Origin: Thermoanaerobaculia bacterium
GTDB lineage: Bacteria; Acidobacteriota; Thermoanaerobaculia; Multivoradales; JAHZIX01
Direction: 5' to 3'
DNA length: 64,000 nt
Assembly (NCBI GenBank): GCA_027069135.1
Contig: JALXFE010000134.1
Location: forward strand, 4,684 to 68,683
Every line of letters starts with the position of its first letter. Position 1 is the first letter of the stretch. Made by a program: the position numbers and the translations under genes. Below are positions 56,482-64,000 of this stretch, piece by piece. Below the pieces are notes generated by a model. The model did no database searches, was not told where the DNA came from, and saw only the letters and a list, made by a program, of their open reading frames with translations.

Positions 56482-56599
56482 ACCGGGCATGAATGCTCGG
56501 GCTGGTTCCGAGCCCGGCTGAAGCCGGGCGATCTTTGAAAACATCGGCTCTGGCCGCCTTTAGGCGGGCTCGTAACCAGTCCGGGGTTTCAACCCCGGG
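56482..56599. repeat. Composite REP/REPIN-like palindromic element, copy 1
   Basis: Four short hairpins (CGGGCATGAATGCTCG, CCGGCTGAAGCCGG, CCGCCTTTAGGCGG, CCGGGGTTTCAACCCCGG). Homologous to 61589-61708. Confidence 0.8.
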
Positions 56600-56616
56600 C
56601 GCTCTTCGGAGGTCCC

Positions 56617-57954
56617 GTGCGACGTTCCCTCGACCACGACCAGAAAGTCCTAGGCCTGGCCTTGCTCGGCGGGTTGCCGGCGGTGGTGGTGTCGATGGTG
56701 ATGCTCTGGGGCGGGGAATACGAGCCCAAAGTCCAATGGACCCTGACGCTTCTGATCATTTTGACCTGGTGGGGGCTCGCTGTGGTGCTGCGTCACCGGG
56801 TGGTCTATCCCCTCCAGACTGTGGCGAACCTCCTAGAGGCGCTGCGGGAAGGGGATTACTCTTTGCGGGGTCGCCACGCCTCGGAGGAGGACGCCCTGGG
56901 CCAAGTCATCTTGGAGGTCAACACTCTGGGTTCTACGCTCTACCAGCAGCGTATTGATGCGGTCGAAGCCACGGCGCTCCTGGCCACCGTGATCGAGGAG
57001 ATCGACAGCGCACTTTTCGCCTTCGACAGCGAGGGCCTTCTGCGGTTGGTGAATCGGGCCGGCGAGAGGATCCTGGCCCAGCCTGCCGATCGACTGCTCC
57101 AGCGCAGCGCCATAGATCTCGGCCTGGAGGATTGGTTAGAAGGCGACCTTGAGCGCACGGTACAGCGGACCTTTCCCGGAGGCGCGGGCCGATGGGCGGT
57201 GCGCCGTAGCACTTTCCGCCTCGACGCCCGGCAGCATCATCTCTTGGTGATCACAGACTTGAGCCTCGCGCTGCGGGAAGAGGAACGTCAGGCCTGGCGG
57301 CGCCTCATCCGAGTCTTAGGTCACGAGCTCAACAACTCTCTGACCCCCATCCAAAGCACCGCGGACACCCTACAAGCTCTTCTCCGGCGAGATCCTCAGC
57401 CGGTGGATTTGGAAGAAGACTTGGGCCGTGGCCTCCAGCTCATCGGTTCCCGGGCCCGCTCCCTGGGGCGATTCATCGGCGGCTATTCCAAGCTGGCTCG
57501 CCTGCCCCGGCCGGATTTGGAGCCCATCTCCGTGAGCCGTTGGGTGCATCGCGCGGCCCGCGTCGAGACCCGCGTTCCCGTCGAAGTCACCCCCGGCCCC
57601 GACGTCACCCACGAGGCGGATCCGGACCAGCTAGAGCAAGTCCTGATCAACCTTCTAAGAAACGCCGCCGACGCGACCCTCGAAACCGGCGGCGGCGTGC
57701 GCGTTGCCTGGCAAGCCCACGGCGACGGCGTCGAAATCACCGTCGAAGACGACGGCCCCGGCCTCGCCCGCACCGACAACCTCTTCGTCCCCTTCTTCTC
57801 CACCAAACCCGGCGGCAGCGGCATCGGCCTCGTCCTCTCCCTACAAATCGCCGAAGCCCACGGCGGCACCCTCACCCTGGAAAACCGCCCCGATTCCCAA
57901 GGCTGCATCGCACGGCTATGGCTCCCGAGTCTCGCGGAGGCTTTACCGCTGTAG
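56617..57954 (+). CDS. Sensor histidine kinase (HAMP/PAS, NtrY-like)
   Basis: Two TM segments, LIRVLGHELNNSL, NLLRNA, DDGPG, GSGIGL. Confidence 0.92.
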   Translation: MRRSLDHDQKVLGLALLGGLPAVVVSMVMLWGGEYEPKVQWTLTLLIILTWWGLAVVLRHRVVYPLQTVANLLEALREGDYSLRGRHASEEDALGQVILEVNTLGSTLYQQRIDAVEATALLATVIEEIDSALFAFDSEGLLRLVNRAGERILAQPADRLLQRSAIDLGLEDWLEGDLERTVQRTFPGGAGRWAVRRSTFRLDARQHHLLVITDLSLALREEERQAWRRLIRVLGHELNNSLTPIQSTADTLQALLRRDPQPVDLEEDLGRGLQLIGSRARSLGRFIGGYSKLARLPRPDLEPISVSRWVHRAARVETRVPVEVTPGPDVTHEADPDQLEQVLINLLRNAADATLETGGGVRVAWQAHGDGVEITVEDDGPGLARTDNLFVPFFSTKPGGSGIGLVLSLQIAEAHGGTLTLENRPDSQGCIARLWLPSLAEALPL

Positions 57955-58005
57955 CTATTTCCTTGCTAGCGAAACCCTTCGCTCAGGCTCCCGGTAGAAT
58001 GGGGT

Positions 58006-58461
58006 ATGACAAAAACAGGTGAGCGTTCTTGGTGGCAGAGTCCTTGGACTTGCGGGATTGGTGGTTGCTGTTTGGGCTGCATCGTGCTTCCCGTAGCCAT
58101 GGTGGCGATCTTGGGGGGCGGTGCCTTCGTCTTGGCGAAGAGCGCCGATGTCTACCAGGATGCGGTGGCCATGGTGAAGGAGGACCCTCGGGCGATCGAG
58201 CTCTTGGGGGAACCGATCGAGACCGGTTGGCAGTTCCGTGGCAATATCACTACCGGTGATCAAGGGGGAGAGGCCGAGTTCACGGTGCCGGTCTCGGGCC
58301 CTAAGGGCTCCGGGGAGCTCGAGGTCGAGGCGGAGAAGGTCGATGGCGAATGGAAGTACGAGCGGATCCGGATCTATCCGGACGACGGGGGGCTTCCCCT
58401 GGACCTTGTGGGCGACTCCCAGGTTCTGGAGGAGCCGTCGGATCCCGCAGTCTCTTTCTGA
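58006..58461 (+). CDS. Coa1-like (cytochrome c oxidase assembly factor 1 family) membrane protein
   Basis: Cys/Gly-rich TM segment, ELLGEPI, GEAEFTVPVSGPKGSG. Confidence 0.7.
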   Translation: MTKTGERSWWQSPWTCGIGGCCLGCIVLPVAMVAILGGGAFVLAKSADVYQDAVAMVKEDPRAIELLGEPIETGWQFRGNITTGDQGGEAEFTVPVSGPKGSGELEVEAEKVDGEWKYERIRIYPDDGGLPLDLVGDSQVLEEPSDPAVSF

Positions 58462-58590
58462 GCGGATGGGCGCCTCGACATCCTCGAGACATCGAGGCAG
58501 AAATTCGGGTAAAGTGCACAAGAATTTCCACTCTGGAGGTTTCCAAAGTCTGAACGACCCGACGGCAGGAGCCGCGAGGAGAGACTGCAA

Positions 58591-61503
58591 GTGATTCTGA
58601 GGACGCGTTGGACTATCGCCGTTGTTTTTCTGACTCTCGCTGCCGCCCCGCTTCGAGGCCAGAGCTTTGTCAACTGGGAGAATTCTCATGTCCACCCGGT
58701 GGACTTAGCGGCCGGCGGAGATCTTCTTCTGGTGGTCAACACCGCGGATAACCGGCTTGAGATCTTCGACGCCACGGGGCCGCTTCCGCAGGCCATGGCT
58801 TCCGTGCCGGTGGGCCTCGATCCGGTGAGTGTGCGTGCCCGAACGGCGACCCAGGCCTGGGTGGTCAACCATATTTCAGATTCCATCAGCGTCGTCGATC
58901 TGACGACGCTCAACGTCACGGCCACTCTGGCGACGGCCGATGAGCCGGCGGACGTGATCTTCGCGGGTACCCCTCAGCGTGCCTTTGTGACGTGTTCCCA
59001 AGCCAATCTCATTCTCGTGTTCGACCCGGCCAACCTCTCGGCGGCACCTATCGAAGTGCCCATCGACGGCGAGGATCCCCGGGCCTTGGCGGCCTCCGCC
59101 GACGGTTCCAAGGTCTACGCCGCAATTTTCGAATCCGGGAACGCCTCTACGGTTCTTGGCGGCGGGACCACCCGGGGCGGCTTTCCCCCGAACGTCGTCA
59201 ACGAGCCAACGGGACCCCACGGCGGAACCAACCCCCCTCCCAACAGTGGTTCCGGGTTCGTTCCCTCCATCCGCCCGGAGTACGCCCCCGGGGGGGCCAA
59301 CCCAGCTCCGGCGGTGGGGATGATCGTCAAGAAGGACGGCGCAGATCGGTGGATGGACGACAACGGCGGCGATTGGACGGCCTTTGTAACCGGTCCCCAA
59401 GCGGCGAGTTCCGGTCGTCTCGTCGGCTGGGATTTGCCGGATCATGATGTCGCCGTCGTCGATACCTCGACCTTGAGCGTCAGCTATGCCACGGGGTTGA
59501 TGAACCTGGTGATGGCCTTAGCGGTGCATCCGACCAGTGGAGAGATCACCGCTGTCGGCACCGACGCCACCAACGAAGTTCGTTTCGAACCGAATATCAA
59601 GGGACGTTTCCTGCGGGTGAACTTGGGCCTGGTGGCGCCCGGGAGCCTCGGTTCGGGCACCGTGGTGGACCTAAACGCCGGGCACCTCGACTATTCCGAT
59701 GCCCAGGTCGCAGCCCAGAACACCACCGCCACCGCCAGCCAAGCGCTGCGGGATCAATCTCTCGGGGATCCCCGGGGAATCGTCTGGAATAGCGCGGGCA
59801 GCCGAGGCTACGTCGCGGGCATGGGCTCTAACAACGTCGTGGTCATCGACGCGGCAGGGGGGAGACTCAATCCCTTGGGGGCGCCTGCCGATCCCGCCAT
59901 CGAGGTTGGAGAGGGGCCGACGGGGCTGGTCTTGGATAGCGCCCGACAGCGTCTCTACGTGGTCAACAAATTCTCCGGTAGCGTTTCGGTGATCGATACG
60001 GCGACGGAGCAAGGGATCGGTGAGGTGGCATTTTTCGACCCGACGCCGGCACCCATCCGCTCCGGGCGCCGCCATCTATACAACACCCGTCAGACCTCCG
60101 GCCTCGGTCATACCTCCTGTGGCTCGTGCCACGCGGACGCCCGTATGGATCGCCTATCTTGGGATCTCGGGAACCCCGCCGCCGACATGAAGATTTTGAA
60201 CTCTACCCCTGGGCAGCACAATCTGGGGATGAATCTTCCAGGATTGAATCAGGGATTTGAGGATTTTCATCCCATGAAGGGCCCCATGACGACCCAGACC
60301 CTCCAGGACATCATTGGCAAAGAGCCCTTCCATTGGCGGGGAGACCGGGACGGTCTGGAGGAATTCAACGGGGCCTTCGTCGGGCTGTTGGGAGATGACG
60401 TCCAGTTGACCCCGACGGAGATGCAGGAGTTCGAGGATTTCCTCGCCTCGATCCACTATCCTCCCAACCCGTTCCGGAATCTCGACAACTCCCTCCCACA
60501 GAGTCTTTCTCTCGCCGGACATTTCTCCAACGGGCGCTTCGCGGCCCAGGGGGGGCTCGCGTCCGGGGATCCTCTGCCCGTCGGCGATGCGCTCAACGGG
60601 TTGGCCCTGTTTCGACCGCCGTCCACCCTGGACGGCCCCTTGGCCTGCATCACCTGCCATGCCCTACCCACCGGTGCCGGAGCCGATGTGACCCTGGTCG
60701 GGACGACCTTGCAGGATTTGCCGGCCGGGCCCAACGGGGAGCGGCATCTGGCTTTGGTGTCCATCGATGGTTCCACCAACGTGACGATGAAAACCCCACA
60801 CCTGCGCAATCTCTATGAAAAGGTGGGGTTCGAGGCGACCGGGCTCTCCAATCGGGCCGGTGCGGGCTTCGGCCACGACGGCGCTATCGATTCCATTGCC
60901 CGTTTCGTTTCGGAGCCCGTCTTCAGCGTCGCCAACGACCAGGAAGTGGCGGATCTCGTAGCCTTTATGCTGGCCTTGTCCGGTTCGGACTTGCCCGTGG
61001 GTTCCCGCAACGCGTTCAATCTGGAACCCCCGGGGCCACCGAGCCTCGACAGCCATGCCGCGGTGGGCGTCCAGCTGACCTTCGACGCCTCCAACCGGAA
61101 CGATCCCGGCAGCGTGGCGCGACTCGCGGAGCTCCAGGCCTTGGCGGATGCCGGTGCCGTGGGCCTGGTGGCGAAAGGGCGCCAAGGAGCTTTGCTGAGG
61201 GGGTACGAGTACTTGGGCGGCGGCAATCTGCAGAGTGATCGAGGGGCTGAGACGCTCACAGTAGACGCCCTACGCGGCTCCGCGGACACGGGGGCCGAAG
61301 TCACCTTCACAGTCGTTCCTGCCGGCAGCCAGGAACGGATTGGCATCGATCGGGACGAAGACGGTTTCTTCGATCGGGACGAGCTCGACAGCTGCAGCGA
61401 CCCGGCAGATGCCGGCAGCGTGCCGGGCGCCACCCCTTGCTCGATGTTCAGTGATGGTTTCGAAAGCGGGGACTTGAGCGCCTGGTCGGCGACGAGTCCC
61501 TAG
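58591..61503 (+). CDS. Secreted YVTN-type beta-propeller fused to di-heme cytochrome c (CcP/MauG-like) domain
   Basis: Propeller repeats (VGLDPVSV, LYVVNKFSGSVSVID), heme motifs CGSCH and CITCH, FHWRGDR, TPHLRNL, tail FSDGFESGDLSAWS. Confidence 0.85.
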   Translation: MILRTRWTIAVVFLTLAAAPLRGQSFVNWENSHVHPVDLAAGGDLLLVVNTADNRLEIFDATGPLPQAMASVPVGLDPVSVRARTATQAWVVNHISDSISVVDLTTLNVTATLATADEPADVIFAGTPQRAFVTCSQANLILVFDPANLSAAPIEVPIDGEDPRALAASADGSKVYAAIFESGNASTVLGGGTTRGGFPPNVVNEPTGPHGGTNPPPNSGSGFVPSIRPEYAPGGANPAPAVGMIVKKDGADRWMDDNGGDWTAFVTGPQAASSGRLVGWDLPDHDVAVVDTSTLSVSYATGLMNLVMALAVHPTSGEITAVGTDATNEVRFEPNIKGRFLRVNLGLVAPGSLGSGTVVDLNAGHLDYSDAQVAAQNTTATASQALRDQSLGDPRGIVWNSAGSRGYVAGMGSNNVVVIDAAGGRLNPLGAPADPAIEVGEGPTGLVLDSARQRLYVVNKFSGSVSVIDTATEQGIGEVAFFDPTPAPIRSGRRHLYNTRQTSGLGHTSCGSCHADARMDRLSWDLGNPAADMKILNSTPGQHNLGMNLPGLNQGFEDFHPMKGPMTTQTLQDIIGKEPFHWRGDRDGLEEFNGAFVGLLGDDVQLTPTEMQEFEDFLASIHYPPNPFRNLDNSLPQSLSLAGHFSNGRFAAQGGLASGDPLPVGDALNGLALFRPPSTLDGPLACITCHALPTGAGADVTLVGTTLQDLPAGPNGERHLALVSIDGSTNVTMKTPHLRNLYEKVGFEATGLSNRAGAGFGHDGAIDSIARFVSEPVFSVANDQEVADLVAFMLALSGSDLPVGSRNAFNLEPPGPPSLDSHAAVGVQLTFDASNRNDPGSVARLAELQALADAGAVGLVAKGRQGALLRGYEYLGGGNLQSDRGAETLTVDALRGSADTGAEVTFTVVPAGSQERIGIDRDEDGFFDRDELDSCSDPADAGSVPGATPCSMFSDGFESGDLSAWSATSP

Positions 61504-61588
61504 CGGTGCTCCTACTCGCATTTCCAACCAGATGGGCCAATTTTTGGATTGGCTACAGTGATCCTTTCCCCCCTCCGGATCCCAGCCG

Positions 61589-61708
61589 ACCGGGCATGAA
61601 TGCCCGGGCTATGCACAAGCCCGGCTAAAGCCGGCCGACGGTCCAAATTCTTGGAACCCAGGCCGCCTTCAGGCGGGCTCGAAACCAGCCCGGGGCTTCA
61701 AGCCCCGG
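61589..61708. repeat. Composite REP/REPIN-like palindromic element, copy 2
   Basis: Same four-hairpin order as 56482-56599, with diverged spacers. Confidence 0.8.
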
Positions 61709-62216
61709 CGGTCGGTGGCTTCGGAGCCTTGTGGAAAGAGAACGGAGGCGGAGCCGGTGAGCCTAGGAAAGGGGAAATCCTAGACGGTTCGTCTTCGCAA
61801 AGAGGGGAGATTCTCCACCCGCTCCAAACCTCCGTTCACCTAGAGTCTTCGCAGCCGAGCCTCGATCGGATTCCCTTTTGGGATGAGAAATCCGAGAACC
61901 CCATCGTTTTCGGGCGGGGGAGGGGGGACTCTTGCCATCGCGTAGGAGAGTCGGTACAGTGGATTCATGCTGAATCAGCATTTAATTCTCCTGCAGCGCC
62001 GCCCAGACCTCCTCTAGGGCCAGGAGGCCTGAGACGGGGGTTACCAAGGTGTACGAGAAACCCGCCGGGCCTCCGGCGAGCTTCGCTGACACCGGAGGAT
62101 TTGCTGCCCCATGAAGCCCCGGAGAAGAGCTTCGGGACCGAGCCGTTGGCCGGCAGCGACCGCCATTGGCATTTTTTCCTTGGGAGCCTCCCATCCCAGG
62201 CTGCTAGGATCGGTGT

Positions 62217-63026
62217 ATGCACAAACATCACCGAGTCCTCTATGCTCTATCTCTGGTGGGTCTCATGGCCGTAGCCGCGAATGTGGGGGCCGCGAATGTG
62301 GGGGCTGCCGAGAAGGTTCGCAATCTGCCGATCGTGAATCGGTCCATCGAGTTTCACGGCGGAGCTCTCTTTCTCTCGACCCACACCCACCTCACCATCG
62401 GTTCCCGATCCGGGGCCTTCGACATCGACTCGACGATGGACGGCGGTCTCTTTGAGCACATCGTCTCCGGTAAGAATTCTGAAGGCGTCGTGCGCAAGGT
62501 CCGGCAGACCAATGATTCCATCGAGCAGTGGGTGGACGGCGAGCTCCAGTCGCTTTCCGAAGAGGGCCGCCGAAGGGCTCAATCTTTTGTCGAAGCCCGA
62601 GTCTACTTTCCGTTTCTTCCCTTTAGGCTCAACGATGCCACCGTCTGGAAGGAAGACCAGGGCATCGAGGATTGGGACGGCCGCAAGCTCCACCGAGTCA
62701 AAGTGACCTTCGATACCGACTCCAGCAATAGCGCCCACGACCAATATGTGTATTGGTTCGACCCAAAGACCGCTCGACTGGAGCAATTCGGCTACAGCTT
62801 CGGTACCGGCCAGGAGCGGGGCGGCCTGCGGCTGCGCAAGCTTTTCAACTACCGCCGTTTCGGCGGGATCCTCTTTGCCGACGCGGACAATCTGGGTGTC
62901 AACGGCAGTGGAGCTGAGCTCACCGTCGACCTCCTGACTCCCGAGTACGCGAAGGAGAAGATAGAGCATATTTCCTTCGTGAATCTCTCCAACATCAAGG
63001 TCAGAGCGACCACCGCAGAAAAGTGA
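62217..63026 (+). CDS. Secreted hypothetical protein (DUF6503-like)
   Basis: Signal peptide, SIEFHGG, YFPFLPFRLND, VKVTF...DQYVYWFDP. Confidence 0.7.
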   Translation: MHKHHRVLYALSLVGLMAVAANVGAANVGAAEKVRNLPIVNRSIEFHGGALFLSTHTHLTIGSRSGAFDIDSTMDGGLFEHIVSGKNSEGVVRKVRQTNDSIEQWVDGELQSLSEEGRRRAQSFVEARVYFPFLPFRLNDATVWKEDQGIEDWDGRKLHRVKVTFDTDSSNSAHDQYVYWFDPKTARLEQFGYSFGTGQERGGLRLRKLFNYRRFGGILFADADNLGVNGSGAELTVDLLTPEYAKEKIEHISFVNLSNIKVRATTAEK

Positions 63027-63101
63027 GTTCGGGCTTCGCCGGCTCGAGAGAACTCAGCGAAAATTCCCCGTGGCTGCCCTGTTTTGAAACGAGGTCTTCC
63101 G

Positions 63102-64000
63102 ATGTGTTCCATTCTTGGTATTTTCGACCTCCGCACCGATCCCGCAACCCTCCGCAAACGAGCCTTGGAGCTCTCTCGGCGTATGCGTCACCGGGGACCG
63201 GATTGGAGTGGAATCTATTCCGATGAGGAAGCGATTCTGGTCCACGAACGACTGGCCATCGTCGACATCGAAAACGGTGCCCAACCCTTGGTGAACCGCC
63301 GCCGGGACATCTTCCTCGCAGTCAACGGCGAGATTTACAATCACCGGATCTTGGAGAAGCGGCTCAAGGCCCCCTACGAGCTCGAGACCAACTCGGATTG
63401 TGAAGTCATCCTTGCCCTCTACGAGCAGAAGGGCACGGCCTTTCTCAACGAGTTGAGCGGCATCTTCGCTTTCGCCTTGTGGGATCGAAGCCGCAGTCGC
63501 TACCTGATTGCCCGCGATCCCATGGGGGTGATGCCTCTTTACACCGGTCGCGATTCCGAGGGCAATCTCTATTTCGCCTCGGAAATGAAGGCCTTGACCG
63601 GTGTGTGTAAGACCTTCTCGGATTTTCCTCCCGGGCATTTTCTCGATAGCGAGGTGGGAGAGCCCGTTCGTTACTACAAGCCGTCCTGGCGGGAGTACGA
63701 AGCGGTGGCCTCCCAACCCCTGGACACCGCCCGATTGCGGTCCAGTCTCGGAGCCGCGGTCCAGCGGCAGTTGATGAGCGACGTGCCGTACGCAGTGTTG
63801 CTGTCCGGAGGTTTGGATTCCTCGATCGTGGCGGCTCTTGCGGCACGACATCGCAAGCGGCGCATCGAGACCGAGGGATCGGATGAAGCCTGGTGGCCTC
63901 AGCTGCACTCCTTCGCCATCGGTCTGGCCGATTCCCCGGACCTGGTAGCCGCCCGGCGGGCCGCAGCAGCGCTGGGGACCGTTCACCATGAGTTCAAGTA
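63102..64000 (+). CDS. asnB: Asparagine synthase B (glutamine-hydrolysing), partial, runs off the window
   Basis: Read directly from the sequence (absent from the ORF track because it has no stop): MCSILGIFD, RHRGPDWSG, HERLAIVD, NGEIYNH, LLSGGLDSS, WWPQLHSFAIG. Confidence 0.95.
   Translation, partial: MCSILGIFDLRTDPATLRKRALELSRRMRHRGPDWSGIYSDEEAILVHERLAIVDIENGAQPLVNRRRDIFLAVNGEIYNHRILEKRLKAPYELETNSDCEVILALYEQKGTAFLNELSGIFAFALWDRSRSRYLIARDPMGVMPLYTGRDSEGNLYFASEMKALTGVCKTFSDFPPGHFLDSEVGEPVRYYKPSWREYEAVASQPLDTARLRSSLGAAVQRQLMSDVPYAVLLSGGLDSSIVAALAARHRKRRIETEGSDEAWWPQLHSFAIGLADSPDLVAARRAAAALGTVHHEFK

Noticed and set aside
57955-58005. Replication origin at the skew flip
   Set aside because: The gap is only ~50 nt with no DnaA boxes or AT-rich unwinding element, and the skew is very local
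61600-62274. 224-aa ORF starting inside the REP-like element
   Set aside because: It begins within the palindromic repeat, has low-complexity composition, and overlaps the next real gene
63054-63989. 311-aa minus-strand ORF
   Set aside because: Antisense to the clear asnB reading frame that starts at 63102

Overview
GC-rich bacterial chromosomal window. Gene content suggests Acidobacteriota, probably Thermoanaerobaculia-like; this is inferred from protein styles, not from a database search. Core genes are prmC, queG, tag, prfA, rpmE, comF, hflX, tRNA-Ala(GGC), pstSCAB and a partial asnB. There are two sigma-54 two-component systems with recognisable -24/-12 promoters, an acyl-CoA catabolic cluster, and DUF1800/DUF1501. 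The most interesting items are: (1) a three-gene cassette between prfA and prmC encoding a small secreted precursor peptide (ends ENGPGIGPDGSP), an ECF sigma factor and a cytoplasmic TPR protein, a candidate peptide-signalling ECF switch; (2) a shared C-terminal tail FxDGFESGDxSAWS on three secreted proteins of two unrelated families, a candidate sorting/anchoring signal; (3) an unassigned, highly structured ~105-nt RNA candidate upstream of a GAF/DUF4388 operon; (4) an ArsR-headed pst operon with an ArsR-type operator over its promoter; (5) a duplicated Cys-containing ~115-aa C-terminal domain on a double beta-propeller protein; (6) a toxin-antitoxin-rich islet after the tRNA; (7) two copies of a four-hairpin REP/REPIN-like element; (8) an ABC exporter locus with no permease. 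No CRISPR array, integrase or transposase was seen. All family calls come from motif recognition by eye.
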